Assembly: GCA_037130755.1 (NCBI GenBank)
Contig: JBAXSI010000002.1
Coordinates: 111,661 to 175,660, forward strand
Reading direction: 5' to 3'
DNA length: 64,000 bases
Source: Actinomycetes bacterium
GTDB taxonomy: Bacteria > Actinomycetota > Actinomycetes > S36-B12
Positions 44,451 to 54,593 of the stretch are shown here, piece after piece. Numbering within the stretch: the stretch's first letter is position 1; each line of letters opens with the position of its first letter. The position numbers and the translations under genes are program-made. The notes beneath the pieces are model-generated. The model was given only the letters and a program-made list of their open reading frames with translations. It was not told the DNA's origin and did not search any database.

Positions 44451-45881
44451 GTGACACTCTCCGTCGTAGTCGTGGGCAGCGGCATCAGTGGCCTCTCCAC
44501 GGCCTACTACCTGCGCCAACTGCTCGGCGACGATGCGGCGGTCACCGTGCTCGATCAGGCCCCGGCCCCGGGCGGCAAGATCCGGACGCGGACCTTCGCC
44601 GGCCTTCCGGTCGACACCGGTCCCGACGCCTTTCTCTCCCGCGCGCCGCAGCTCAAGGCGCTCATCGAGTCCCTCGGGCTGTCCGACCAGGTCGTCGGCC
44701 CGGCGGCCAGCGGAGCGTTCATCTGGTCCAAGGGCGCACTGCGTCCGCTGCCTTCGGGTGCCACCTTCGGCCTGCCGGAGAAGTTCCTGCCCCTGGTGCG
44801 CAGCGGTCTGATCTCGATGCCCGGCGCCCTGCGCGCCGCGATGGACGTCGTCCTGCCGCGCACGAAGCGGTCCGACGACCCGACGGTGGAGGAGCTCGTG
44901 AGCCCTCGACTGGGCAGCGAGGTCTTCGACCGCATGGTGGAGCCCCTGCTCGGCGGGGTGCACGCCGGGAGTGCCACGGTGCTCAGCGCGAAGAGCACGG
45001 TGCCAGAGATCGTGGCGATGACGAGCGGCAAGCGCAGCATCATCATGGCGATGCGCGGTCGCAAGAAGCCTCCGCCGCCCGTGCCCGGCACCAAGCCGAC
45101 TCCTCCGCTGGTCACCGTCTCCGGCGGGATGACGCGTCTCACGGAGGCGCTGGTCGCCGCGATCGGACCGGAGAACGTCCTGTCGGGCGTGCGGGTCACT
45201 GGCCTGTCGCCTCGCGACGGCGACGGATGGACGATCGCCACCGACAGCGGCCGGCTCATCGCAGACCATGTCGTCCTCGCGACGCCTGCGTATGCCGCCG
45301 CTGACCTCGTTGCTCCACTCGATGCCGCGCTGCCCGGCCTGCTCCGGTCGATCCCCTATGTCGACACGGCGGGCGTGGTGCTGGCATTCCGTCGCTCGGA
45401 GATCCCCGCGCTCCCGGAGGGCACCGGATACCTGGTGCCGCCGATCGAGGGCGAGCTCATCGTCGGCAGCACATGGCTGACCAGCAAGTGGCCCTACCTG
45501 GTCAACGACGACGTCGTGGTCATCCGCAGCCTGGTCGGCCGCTACGGCGACACCCGCTTCATGACGATGACCGACGAGGAGCTCGTCGACGCCGTGCGCG
45601 AGGCACTCGGTCGCACCGTCGGCATCGAGGCCGCTCCGATCGAGCGGCTCGTGCAGCGCTGGCCCGCCGCGATGCCTCAATACGTGGTCGGCCACGCCGA
45701 CCGCCTCGAGCGGATCGACGCTGCGCTCGAGCAGCACCCAGGACTCCATCTCACCGGGGCCGCCTACCGCGGTGTCGGGCTGGCCGGCTGCGTGGCACAG
45801 GGCCACGCACTGGCGACAGCAATCGCCCAGGAATCGATTGCGGACGCGTCTGGATCGATTTCGGAAGGAAGCCAACGATGA
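44451..45881 (+). CDS. hemY: Coproporphyrinogen III / protoporphyrinogen oxidase (HemY/CgoX)
   Basis: FAD dinucleotide fold VVVVGSGISGLSTAYYL, C-terminal LHLTGAAYRGVGLAGCV. Sits in a heme cluster together with hemQ. Confidence 0.85.
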   Translation: MTLSVVVVGSGISGLSTAYYLRQLLGDDAAVTVLDQAPAPGGKIRTRTFAGLPVDTGPDAFLSRAPQLKALIESLGLSDQVVGPAASGAFIWSKGALRPLPSGATFGLPEKFLPLVRSGLISMPGALRAAMDVVLPRTKRSDDPTVEELVSPRLGSEVFDRMVEPLLGGVHAGSATVLSAKSTVPEIVAMTSGKRSIIMAMRGRKKPPPPVPGTKPTPPLVTVSGGMTRLTEALVAAIGPENVLSGVRVTGLSPRDGDGWTIATDSGRLIADHVVLATPAYAAADLVAPLDAALPGLLRSIPYVDTAGVVLAFRRSEIPALPEGTGYLVPPIEGELIVGSTWLTSKWPYLVNDDVVVIRSLVGRYGDTRFMTMTDEELVDAVREALGRTVGIEAAPIERLVQRWPAAMPQYVVGHADRLERIDAALEQHPGLHLTGAAYRGVGLAGCVAQGHALATAIAQESIADASGSISEGSQR

Positions 45882-47026
45882 CCTCCACCAGCGTGACCCG
45901 TCCTCGGGTCCTCGACTACAACCAACGGCCCATGCTGGTGTTCTGGGAGGTCACTCGGGCCTGCCTGCTGGCCTGTCACCACTGCCGCGCGTCAGCCACG
46001 CCCGGGGCACTCCCCGGCGAGTTGAACCTGGCGGAGGGCCGGGACCTGATCGACCAGGTCGCGGGCTTCGGTCGGCCGTACCCGATCCTCGTGCTGACGG
46101 GTGGTGACTGCCTCCTGCGCCAGGACATCTTCGAGCTCGTCGAGTACGCAAACGGCCAGGGCATCCCGGTTGCCATGTCGCCGTCGGTCACGCCGCAGCT
46201 GACCCCCGAGGCCATTCAGCACATGGTCGACAGCGGCGTGAAGGCTGTGTCGTTGAGCCTCGACGGAGCCAACGCGGCGACCCACGACGGAGTCCGCGGC
46301 ATCCCCGGCCACTTCGACAAGACCATCCCTGCCATTCGCGCGCTCGTGGATGCCGGACTCACCGTCCAGATCAACACCACGGTGATGAGCCGCAACAAGA
46401 GCGAGATGGCCGACATCGCGGCGATCGTCCAGGACACCGGCGCCGATATCTGGGAGGTGTTCTTCCTGGTGCACGTCGGCCGCGGTGAGGACACCGACTC
46501 CATGACTCCCGACGAGCACGAGGAGATGTGCCACTTCCTCGTCGATGCCTCTCACTACAACTTCATCGTGCGCACCGTCGAGGCGCCGTTCTTCCGCCGT
46601 GTCGTCGTCGAGCGTCGCGAGCATCCTGACCGCAAGCCCGACGGCGCCCTCTACCGCTCTCTGGTCGCTCAGTTGGAGGCCGAACTGGGTGAGCCCAACG
46701 TGAAGTCGTCGGCCCACACGGCGGCAACGCGTGACGGCAAAGGCATCGTCTTCGTGGCGCATGACGGACAGGTGTACCCGGCTGGGTTCCTGCCGCTGTC
46801 GCTCGGCTCCGTGCGCGACCTGCCGCTGGCAGACATCTATCGCGACAACCCCGTGCTGCGCAGGATTCGCTCGATGGAGTTCGGCGGCCGTTGCGGTTAC
46901 TGCGACTTCGCGGACCTGTGCGGTGGATCGCGTGCGCGCGCGTTCGCGTCGACGGGCGACCCGCTAGCTGAGGACCAGGCCTGCGCCTACCAGCCGCCCG
47001 CGAAGCTTGCAGGTGTCAACGAGTAG
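45878..47026 (+). CDS. Radical SAM/SPASM protein, AhbD/NirJ-like
   Basis: CLLACHHC (CxxxCxxC) cluster motif, LTGGDCLLRQD, SLSLDGANAATHDGVRG, C-terminal SPASM Cys motif CGYCDFADLCGG. The ATG overlaps the hemY stop (ATGA at 45878-45881). Confidence 0.8.
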   Translation: MTSTSVTRPRVLDYNQRPMLVFWEVTRACLLACHHCRASATPGALPGELNLAEGRDLIDQVAGFGRPYPILVLTGGDCLLRQDIFELVEYANGQGIPVAMSPSVTPQLTPEAIQHMVDSGVKAVSLSLDGANAATHDGVRGIPGHFDKTIPAIRALVDAGLTVQINTTVMSRNKSEMADIAAIVQDTGADIWEVFFLVHVGRGEDTDSMTPDEHEEMCHFLVDASHYNFIVRTVEAPFFRRVVVERREHPDRKPDGALYRSLVAQLEAELGEPNVKSSAHTAATRDGKGIVFVAHDGQVYPAGFLPLSLGSVRDLPLADIYRDNPVLRRIRSMEFGGRCGYCDFADLCGGSRARAFASTGDPLAEDQACAYQPPAKLAGVNE

Positions 47027-47028
47027 GA

Positions 47029-47286
47029 ATGTGCGGCGATCGCCTCCAGAAGGAAGGCAGCAAGCCCGTGCCCACGACGAGGTTGAGCCTGATCAAAGTC
47101 GGGGCCCTGGCGATGACGCGAGCGGCACTGGGTCTTGGAGTCGGCCTGCTCATTGCCGATCGATTGGATGGCGGGACGCGAAGGGCCCTCGGCGTGACCT
47201 TGCTCGGCGTTGGGGTCGTCGCAACAGCACCGGTGGTCGTGTGGATCGTGAAGGGCATCGATTCGCCGGACGTGCCCGTCCAATGA
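47029..47286 (+). CDS. Small membrane protein (two TM)
   Basis: Starts 2 nt after the radical SAM stop. Hydrophobic segments ALGLGVGLLIA and LLGVGVVATAPVVVWIV. Confidence 0.5.
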   Translation: MCGDRLQKEGSKPVPTTRLSLIKVGALAMTRAALGLGVGLLIADRLDGGTRRALGVTLLGVGVVATAPVVVWIVKGIDSPDVPVQ

Positions 47287-47290
47287 CTTC

Positions 47291-48553
47291 TTAGAAAGGC
47301 GGCGGGTCGTGGTCGTATCGGCGGCCCTGCAGGGAGCGCCACGTACAACTGCCGTCGGCCCGACTCACGGTGATCTGCCAGCTGCCATGGCTCTTGAGTT
47401 GATGGTGTCGGGTACACAGTGCGCCGAGGTTCAGCGGGCTGGTGTGGCCGCCGTCGTCCCACGCGATGGCGTGATCGATCTGGCACCGGTCGGCTCGGCG
47501 CCGACAGCCGGGAAAGCGGCACACCTTGTCGCGTGCGACGACGAAATCGCGCAGGGCTTGAGGTACCGCGTAGGTTCGGCGGCCGTAGTCCAGCAGGTGC
47601 CCGGAAAGCGGATCGGTGACCAGGCGGCGCATCGTCACCGCGACGTCCGGATCGGCGAGCAGGTCGCGCACCGCTGCGGCCGAAACTGGCCCGGACCCGC
47701 GCAACTCGGCGATGCCAGAGTCGGCAGGTGAGCTGTCAATGCTCGCGTCGCGCAGGGCAGCGAGCGTGGGCAGGTCGATCACGACATCGATATGAGCCTG
47801 GATCGTGGCGTCGGGCGACGTCGCGCCACCCAGCACTGCCGCAGCCAAGGCGTGGACCCGATGCTCGCCGATCGTCCACGACCCTGACTCCGGCGTGGCG
47901 GCGGCTGCGGACCTGGTTGTCTTGGCGGCCCTCATGATCTCAGCCATGACAGCGTGGGCGTGCTCGGTGGTCATGCGCGCCGAGAGGGTCGAGATGCCGT
48001 CGAGCTCGTCGACGACCCACACATCGCGAGTGCATCGGGCGCGCTCCCGCCGCCGCTGTTCGCCCGCGGCGTCGATGGCGAGGACCGCGCGCTTGGCGGC
48101 CTGGCGGGTCATCGACAGGGTTCCCCGCCGGGCGACGGGGAGCACTCGCCGCATTAGTTCGGCGCATGCCGTGGCGAACGTCTCGGCGTCTTCACCCGCC
48201 TCCGCCCAACGGCCGGGGAGTCGCTGAGCTACCTCGGTCAAGATGCGGGCATGCTGCGCGGTGATCTCCCCGCTCCGCAGGCAGTCGAGGACCGCGCGAA
48301 GTGGGCCGACGAGAAGACGGGCGTCGTCGATTCGTGCCTGCGCCGTTGGGGGCGCCCACCGCAGTGCAGCCGCGACTTCCTCCCTGACCGCGTCCTCGAT
48401 CCTGATGCTTCGCTCGTCGTCGCGGTCGGTGCCCAGAATCAGGTACTCGTCCACGTGGGGCTTGGACGAGGCGACGTCGACGAGCACCTCGGCCTGGCGG
48501 GCGTAGAGCCCAGCCAGTTGCCGCTCGATGTCTTGCAGTGCCGCTATCGACAT
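47291..48553 (-). CDS. DUF222/HNH endonuclease (13E12-repeat-type)
   Basis: C-terminal HNH CRFPGCRRRADRCQIDHAIAWDDGGHTSPLNLGALCTRHHQLKSH, plus the long helical N-terminal region typical of DUF222. Confidence 0.85.
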   Translation of the reverse strand: MSIAALQDIERQLAGLYARQAEVLVDVASSKPHVDEYLILGTDRDDERSIRIEDAVREEVAAALRWAPPTAQARIDDARLLVGPLRAVLDCLRSGEITAQHARILTEVAQRLPGRWAEAGEDAETFATACAELMRRVLPVARRGTLSMTRQAAKRAVLAIDAAGEQRRRERARCTRDVWVVDELDGISTLSARMTTEHAHAVMAEIMRAAKTTRSAAAATPESGSWTIGEHRVHALAAAVLGGATSPDATIQAHIDVVIDLPTLAALRDASIDSSPADSGIAELRGSGPVSAAAVRDLLADPDVAVTMRRLVTDPLSGHLLDYGRRTYAVPQALRDFVVARDKVCRFPGCRRRADRCQIDHAIAWDDGGHTSPLNLGALCTRHHQLKSHGSWQITVSRADGSCTWRSLQGRRYDHDPPPF

Positions 48554-48626
48554 GCCCTCACTCTAGGGAGGGGGTCTGACATCCAGACGGCTAGAAAACC
48601 CTTATCCACAAAGGGATTATCTGGAA

Positions 48627-49697
48627 TCAACTGCAGCCAGGAACGACATCGAGTGCGGCCCGTGCGTTCACGCAGCACTCGGGGGAGCACAGTCCTGTCC
48701 ACAGCGGTCCACGAGTGGAGGATCGTTCCTTGATCGCGTTCTCGACGACGTCGACAAGGCCCGCGACGAAGGGCGGCGACGTGCCGGCCGTCGGCACCCG
48801 GGTGAAGTCGAGGCCGAGTTCGGCCGCGGTCTGGCGCGCCTGCGTGTCGAGGTCCCAGATCACCTCGATGTGATCGGAGATGAAGCCGATGGGCACGAGG
48901 ACGACGGACGCGACGCCGTCAGCGGCGGCGACGCGGAGGGCGTCGTTGATGTCGGGCTCGAGCCAAGGCATCGTCGGCGGTCCCGAGCGCGACTGGTAGA
49001 CGAGCGACCACGGGGGAGTCGGATCGAAGCGGGCGGCGACGGCAGCCATCAAGTCGGCAGCCACTTCGAGGTGCTGGTCCACGTACTGCTGCGTCGACGC
49101 GCCGGTCTGAGGTCCGGATGCGGCCACCATCGAATCGGGGATCGAGTGGGTGGTGAAGAACACGTGCAGTCCGTGGAGGGAGCCGCGCTGCTCCACGACC
49201 ATCGCAAGTGCGTCGACGAGTCCGGGCGCCATCGCCTCCGCGAACCCGGGTAGGTCGCCGACCGGCGAGATCTTCTCGACGGCAAGAACCTGGTTGAGCT
49301 GCGTCTGACTCAACGCCCTCGCGAGATCCTCGCGATACTGCCGGCAGCCGGAGTAGGACGAGTAGGCGCTCGTGGGGATCGCGAGAACGCGCTGGTGCCC
49401 GTCCTCGTGGATCTCGCTCAGGACGTCGGCGAAGTACGGCGGTGAGTTCCGATTGCCCAGGTAGAGAGGGAGGTCGAGCTCCCGTGCCGAGAGTTCGGCT
49501 CGCAGGGCCTCCGCGAGAGCGCGGTTCTGGGCATTGATGGGACTGACACCGCCGAGGGTCAGGTAGTGCTGCCCGACCTCGAGGAGTCGCTCGGGCGGGA
49601 TGCCGCGGCCTGCGGTGACGCGCTCAAGAAAGGGAACGACGTCATCGACCCCTTCCGGCCCGCCGAAGCACGCGAGGAGAAGGGCGTCGAACGTCAT
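48627..49697 (-). CDS. hemH: Coproporphyrin ferrochelatase
   Basis: MTFDALLLACFGGPEG start, GGVSPINAQNRALAEAL, HSIP block, Cys-rich C-terminus (LCSPECC) consistent with the actinobacterial 2Fe-2S type. The ATG overlaps the hemQ stop (ATGA). The tracked ORF extension to 50000 is R-rich and overlaps hemQ. Confidence 0.85.
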   Translation of the reverse strand: MTFDALLLACFGGPEGVDDVVPFLERVTAGRGIPPERLLEVGQHYLTLGGVSPINAQNRALAEALRAELSARELDLPLYLGNRNSPPYFADVLSEIHEDGHQRVLAIPTSAYSSYSGCRQYREDLARALSQTQLNQVLAVEKISPVGDLPGFAEAMAPGLVDALAMVVEQRGSLHGLHVFFTTHSIPDSMVAASGPQTGASTQQYVDQHLEVAADLMAAVAARFDPTPPWSLVYQSRSGPPTMPWLEPDINDALRVAAADGVASVVLVPIGFISDHIEVIWDLDTQARQTAAELGLDFTRVPTAGTSPPFVAGLVDVVENAIKERSSTRGPLWTGLCSPECCVNARAALDVVPGCS

Positions 49698-50410
49698 CGG
49701 ATGACGTCGGCCGCACCGGTGATCGGGATGCGACGACCGGTGTAGAAGGGGATCTCCTCGCGCACGTGGCGTCGGGCATCGGTGTAGCGCATGTCGCGCA
49801 TCATGTCGACGAGGTCGTGCAGCACGGGTGACTCGAGCGCGAGCACCCACTCGTAGTCGCCGAGTGCGAACGATGCCACGGTGTTCGACTGGACCTCTGT
49901 GTAGTCCCGACCCTTCATCCCATGCTCGGTGAGCATGCGGCGACGCTCGTCCTCCGGCAGCAGATACCACTCGTAGGAGCGCACGAACGGGTACACGCAC
50001 AGCCAGTCGAGCGGGTCCTTCCCCGACATGAATGCGGGGACGTGGCCGCGGTTGAATTCCGCGGGCCGATGCATCGCCATGCCGGACCAGACCATGGACG
50101 TCGATGCCCCGGCCGCAGTGCGGCGGAAGTCGCGCAATGCGTGCTGGAGGCCTTCAGCGGTGGGGCCGTGCAGCCAGAGCATGAGGTCGGCGTTGTCGCG
50201 CAGGCCCGAGACGTCGTAGGCCCCCCGAAGGACGATGTCTTGCTCCGCGAGTGCGTCGGCCCAGCCCTGGAGTTCCTTGGCAGCCACGTCGGGATCAGCG
50301 TCGAGCCCGCCGCTGCGGGCGAAGACCGTCCAGACGGTGTAGCGGATGGTCTCGTTGATCTCGCGGGCCGTGACGCGCTTCGCCTCGTCCGCGGTGGTCG
50401 CGTCGGTCAT
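49694..50410 (-). CDS. hemQ: Coproheme decarboxylase (chlorite-dismutase family HemQ/ChdC)
   Basis: INETIRYTVWTVFAR, MHRPAEFNRGHVPAFM, YPFVRSYEWYLL blocks of the HemQ family. Confidence 0.85.
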   Translation of the reverse strand: MTDATTADEAKRVTAREINETIRYTVWTVFARSGGLDADPDVAAKELQGWADALAEQDIVLRGAYDVSGLRDNADLMLWLHGPTAEGLQHALRDFRRTAAGASTSMVWSGMAMHRPAEFNRGHVPAFMSGKDPLDWLCVYPFVRSYEWYLLPEDERRRMLTEHGMKGRDYTEVQSNTVASFALGDYEWVLALESPVLHDLVDMMRDMRYTDARRHVREEIPFYTGRRIPITGAADVIR

Positions 50411-50437
50411 CTGTTCTCCTCGTGCCGGATGCGGCGG

Positions 50438-51496
50438 TCAGGCGTCGAGCTCGCCGTGGGCGAGCGATACGACACGGGTGATGATCTCAGGGTCGGCCTC
50501 GGGCGGCACGCCGTGGCCGAGGTTCAGGACGTGGCTGCGGGCGCCCTTGCCCTTCTCGATGACGTCGAGGACGTGAGCGCTCAGCACGGGCCACGGCGCG
50601 AGCAGAAGTGCCGGGTCGATGTTGCCCTGCACGGGAACGTCCGATCCGAGCCTTGCGATGGCGACATCGAGCGGCGTCCGGTCGTCGACGCCCATGACGT
50701 CGGCGCCGCAGTCGTGCATGGCGACCAGCAGCTCGGAGGTCTTCGTGCCGAAGTGCACTCGCGGTACGCCGAGGTCGGCGACGTTGTCGAAGACGGCCTT
50801 CGAGTGCGGGGCCGCGTAGGTGAGGTAGTCGGGCAGGGAGAGGGCGCCGGCCCACGAGTCGAACAGCTGGATGGCGCTGGCCCCGGCCATGACCTGGGCG
50901 CGGAGGAACGTCGATGTCGTCCGCGCTGTCCAGGCGAGCAGCGCATGCCAGGTGTCGGGGTCGGCGTGCATGAGGGCCTTGGTGTGGAGGTGGTCCCGTG
51001 AGGGCTTCCCCTCGACGAGGTAGGAGGCCAACGTGAACGGTGCGCCGGCGAACCCGATGAGCGGTGTCGTGTCGAGCTGGTCGACGCAGATGCCGATCGC
51101 TTCCTGGATCGGCGCCAGACTGGCGGGATCGAGCTCAGGCAGCGCGTCCACCTCGGCGCGCGTGCGAATCGCTGAGCCCATGACCGGGCCTACGCCAGGA
51201 GCGATGTCCACGTCGACGCCCGCGAGCTTCAGCGGCACGACGATGTCGCTGAAGAAGATGGCGGCATCGACGCGGTGTCTACGCACCGGCTGGAGTGTGA
51301 TCTCGGCCGCGAGGTCGGGCCGCAAGCATGATTCGAGCATCGCCGTGCCCTCGCGAGCGGCTCGGTACTCGGGCAGTGAACGTCCGGCCTGCCGCATGAA
51401 CCACACCGGCAGCTGCTCGGGGCGCTCGCCGCGATAGGCGCGGATCAGCGGGGACTCAGCCGTGCGTGATGAAGGATGGTCAAGGGGGAGGGGCAC
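50438..51496 (-). CDS. hemE: Uroporphyrinogen decarboxylase
   Basis: PVWFMRQAGRSLPEYR signature, FFSDIVVPL. Confidence 0.9.
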   Translation of the reverse strand: MPLPLDHPSSRTAESPLIRAYRGERPEQLPVWFMRQAGRSLPEYRAAREGTAMLESCLRPDLAAEITLQPVRRHRVDAAIFFSDIVVPLKLAGVDVDIAPGVGPVMGSAIRTRAEVDALPELDPASLAPIQEAIGICVDQLDTTPLIGFAGAPFTLASYLVEGKPSRDHLHTKALMHADPDTWHALLAWTARTTSTFLRAQVMAGASAIQLFDSWAGALSLPDYLTYAAPHSKAVFDNVADLGVPRVHFGTKTSELLVAMHDCGADVMGVDDRTPLDVAIARLGSDVPVQGNIDPALLLAPWPVLSAHVLDVIEKGKGARSHVLNLGHGVPPEADPEIITRVVSLAHGELDA

Positions 51497-51626
51497 CCGG
51501 TCACGTTAGCAGGAGGTAAGAACACGCGCCCGTGGCGGAACTGTTGCCTCTGAAGGACGTTTGCCGACGCACTGACGGTCTTTGGTCATCCTTGCGCGGC
51601 CTCGGCGGCTGTTAGCATCCCTGATC

Positions 51627-52874
51627 ATGGGCCTTGCACTAGTGGGCGTGAGTCATCACGATGTCCCGCTCTCCCTGTTGGACGACATCAGCCGATCCGC
51701 TGCGTCGTTGCCCGAGGATCTGGTTCGTGAGCCGCACGCTGGAGTCTCCGGTGCTGTCCTGCTCTCGACATGCAATCGGGTCGAGCTCTACATCGATGCT
51801 GAAGACACGCGTCGCGCTGCCGAGGCCGTCCAGAAGATGTTCGTCAAGCGGCTTGAGATGGAAGTCGACGTAGACGTCCTCGCCCCCAGAGTCGGAACCG
51901 ATGTTGCCCGTCACCTGTTCTCCGTGGCTGCGGGCCTTGAGTCGATGGTGGTCGGCGAGGACGAGGTGTCCGGGCAGGTGCGTCGCGCCCTCACCCGCGC
52001 TCGCACCGACAAGACCACGTCTTCGTCCCTCGAGCGCCTGTTCCAGGCGGCAGCTGCCACCCACAAGCAGGTGACTGCCAACACCGGGCTCGGGGCTGCT
52101 GGCAGGTCGATCGCGTCGGTCGCACTGGATCTGGTGGAGTCCGAGGGCGAGAGCATCGCCGGACGCCCGGTCCTGCTCATCGGCACGGGGTCGTTCGCAC
52201 GGGTCGTGCACGCCACGCTGATGAAGCGCGGTGCCGAGCCGCCCATGGTCTACTCCAGCAGCGGTCGGGCCAAGCGCTTCGTCGAGAGCCACGGCGGCAC
52301 GCCCATCACGACTTCGGAGCTCTTCACCGCACTGGAGAAGGCCGAACTGGTCGTCTCGTGCAGTGGCGCCCCGCATCCGGTGCTCGATGCCAACACCTTG
52401 GCGATGGTCACGCAGAACCGGGTGCGTCCGCTCCCGGTCCTCGACCTTGCCCTGACCCAGGACGTCGAGGACGAGGCGCGCTCACTCACGAGCGTGCGGA
52501 TCATCGACCTCGACTTCATCTCCCGCCATGCCCCCGCCGAGCACACCGAGGCAATCACCCGCGCACAGCGCATGGTCAATGAGGCGGTCGAGAGCTTCGG
52601 TCAGCGCGAGGCCGGACGTAGCGCCGACGCGGTGGTTGTCGCGCTGCGTAAGCACGTCCGCGAGGTGATGGAGCGCGAGCGCACCCGTGCCCAGACGCGA
52701 CTGTCGCCCGAGGCCGCCGGCGCGGTCGAGGAGGCCCTGCACAGGTTCGTCGGTGAGCTCCTCCACGAGCCGACGATCCGCGCCCGCGAGTACACCCGCG
52801 AGGGACTGATCGACGAGTTCGAGAACGCTGTGCACGTCATGTTTGGCATCGATGCCAGCATGCCCCCGTCATGA
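51627..52874 (+). CDS. hemA: Glutamyl-tRNA reductase
   Basis: MGLALVGVSHHDVPL start, catalytic Cys context LSTCNRVELY, NADPH fold LLIGTGSFA. The tracked ORF begins at the TTG at 51582. Confidence 0.88.
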   Translation: MGLALVGVSHHDVPLSLLDDISRSAASLPEDLVREPHAGVSGAVLLSTCNRVELYIDAEDTRRAAEAVQKMFVKRLEMEVDVDVLAPRVGTDVARHLFSVAAGLESMVVGEDEVSGQVRRALTRARTDKTTSSSLERLFQAAAATHKQVTANTGLGAAGRSIASVALDLVESEGESIAGRPVLLIGTGSFARVVHATLMKRGAEPPMVYSSSGRAKRFVESHGGTPITTSELFTALEKAELVVSCSGAPHPVLDANTLAMVTQNRVRPLPVLDLALTQDVEDEARSLTSVRIIDLDFISRHAPAEHTEAITRAQRMVNEAVESFGQREAGRSADAVVVALRKHVREVMERERTRAQTRLSPEAAGAVEEALHRFVGELLHEPTIRAREYTREGLIDEFENAVHVMFGIDASMPPS

Positions 52875-53818
52875 CAGGACCCATCCGCCTCGGAACCCGG
52901 GGTAGTGCGCTCGCTCGCACTCAGTCACAGACCGTCGCCGATTCGCTTGCCGTCGCATCCGGTCGCCCCGTCGAGCTCGTCATCATCAAGACCGTCGGTG
53001 ACGTCACGGCCGGGCCCCTGGCCAGCATGCCGCAGCCCGGTGTGTTCGTCTCGGCACTTCGCACCGCGCTGCTCGACGGCGACGTCGACGTCGTCGTCCA
53101 CTCCATGAAGGACCTCCCGTCGGAGCCGGCGGACGGCATCGCCTTGGCCGCCGTGCCGCCGCGCGCAGATCCGCATGACGCGCTGGTCTCCGCCAACCGT
53201 GGCGACCTGGACGCCCTGCCGAACGGCGCCCGCGTCGGCACCAGTTCGCCCCGCCGTGCGGCCCGACTCCGGTCGATACGTCCCGACCTTGCGATCGAGG
53301 ACCTGCGGGGGAACGTCGACTCCCGGATCGCCAAGGTGCGTGACGGGCAGCTTGACGCAACCATCCTCGCCGTGGCCGGGCTCACGCGACTTGGACGTGC
53401 CGACGAGATCGACGCGATCATCGACATGGGCACGATGCTCGCCGCCCCCGCGCAGGGAGCTCTTGCGGTGGAGTGCCGAAGCCACGACGTCGAGATGGTT
53501 CGAGCGTTGTCCGCACTCGACGACACGGCCACTCGGGTGACGACCACCGCTGAGCGGGCCGTCCTGTCGGCGGTCGGCGCGACGTGCGCCTCGGCGGTGG
53601 GCGCGCACGCGTCCTGGGTTGATGGCCGACTGACGCTCGTCGCCGACGTCTCTGGGCGCGCCGTCGACCAGCACGTGATCGTCGCCAGTGACGTCGTGCT
53701 CGACGCATCAGGCCCCTCCGCCGTCGAGTCAGCTCGACAGTTGGGCGGTGAGGTCGGGCGCCAGCTGCTTGATGCGGGTGCGGGTGCCTTCATCACGCCG
53801 GAATCCGCCGGTGCCTGA
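52871..53818 (+). CDS. hemC: Hydroxymethylbilane synthase (porphobilinogen deaminase)
   Basis: IRLGTRGSALARTQS, VHSMKDLP, GTSSPRRAARL. ATGA overlap with hemA. Confidence 0.9.
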   Translation: MTGPIRLGTRGSALARTQSQTVADSLAVASGRPVELVIIKTVGDVTAGPLASMPQPGVFVSALRTALLDGDVDVVVHSMKDLPSEPADGIALAAVPPRADPHDALVSANRGDLDALPNGARVGTSSPRRAARLRSIRPDLAIEDLRGNVDSRIAKVRDGQLDATILAVAGLTRLGRADEIDAIIDMGTMLAAPAQGALAVECRSHDVEMVRALSALDDTATRVTTTAERAVLSAVGATCASAVGAHASWVDGRLTLVADVSGRAVDQHVIVASDVVLDASGPSAVESARQLGGEVGRQLLDAGAGAFITPESAGA

Positions 53819-54593
53819 CGTCCTTCTGGTGCGTGCGCTTGGCGGCGACGACAAGGATGCAGGCACTCTCCGCGAGCGCGGCCTGACTGTCGTCGAAGAC
53901 CCGTTTCTTGTTGTACGAGCGTGTGCAGATCCGGGTGCTGGCGAACGCGCCGAACGCGTGCTTGCCGCGATCTCCGACACCGCGGACTGGCTCGTGGTCA
54001 CGTCGCAGGCTGCCCTCAGGGCGCTCATCGACCTCACCTCGGAGACATCCCTGCGGAGCAGCATCGCCGGTGGCCGCGACCGGGGGCTTCAGTTCGCCAC
54101 CGTCGGTGAGGTGACCAGCGCGGCCATGACCGATCTGGGCGCAACCCCGGTGCTCGTGCCTTCGGTGAGCACGGCTGAGGCGCTGCGACAGGACCTCGCC
54201 ACATGGGGGCCCGCGACGATCATCGCGCCGCAGGGCAGCCAGGCGATGAAGGGCCTCGCCGGTGGGCTGCGGTCCCTCGGCTGGCAGGTGGACGAGGTGG
54301 TGGTCTACGAGACGAGCACGGTTGGGGCGCGGCCTGAGGCCGCCGATCGCCTAGCGGCCGGCGACTTCGCCGTCGTCGTGCTGCGGTCGCCTACCGCCGT
54401 GCGGGCGGTCGCGTCCTTCGTACCGAGACTCCCGGACGGCACGACGGTCGTCTGCGGGGGCCCCACGACCGCGGCGGAGGTGGAGCGGACCGGCCTCGGT
54501 ACGGTCGTCATCAGTCCCGGCCCGACGGCTGACGCCGTTGCCGACGCGGTCCAGGCCTGCCTCGCCGATGGCATCACAAAGGAGCGACCATGA
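53811..54593 (+). CDS. hemD: Uroporphyrinogen-III synthase
   Basis: The GTG at 53811 overlaps the hemC end. Position between hemC and hem[14 protein letters not shown] and [12 protein letters not shown] are typical HemD half-domain motifs. No fused methyltransferase domain. Confidence 0.7.
   Translation: MPDVLLVRALGGDDKDAGTLRERGLTVVEDPFLVVRACADPGAGERAERVLAAISDTADWLVVTSQAALRALIDLTSETSLRSSIAGGRDRGLQFATVGEVTSAAMTDLGATPVLVPSVSTAEALRQDLATWGPATIIAPQGSQAMKGLAGGLRSLGWQVDEVVVYETSTVGARPEAADRLAAGDFAVVVLRSPTAVRAVASFVPRLPDGTTVVCGGPTTAAEVERTGLGTVVISPGPTADAVADAVQACLADGITKERP

Noticed and set aside
42192-45875. 720-aa plus-strand ORF (42192-44354) and 496-aa minus-strand ORF (44385-45875)
   Set aside because: They mirror the HerA-like ATPase and hemY respectively. 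Both real genes carry clear Walker or FAD-fold motifs, while the shadows are R/G/D-rich without any.
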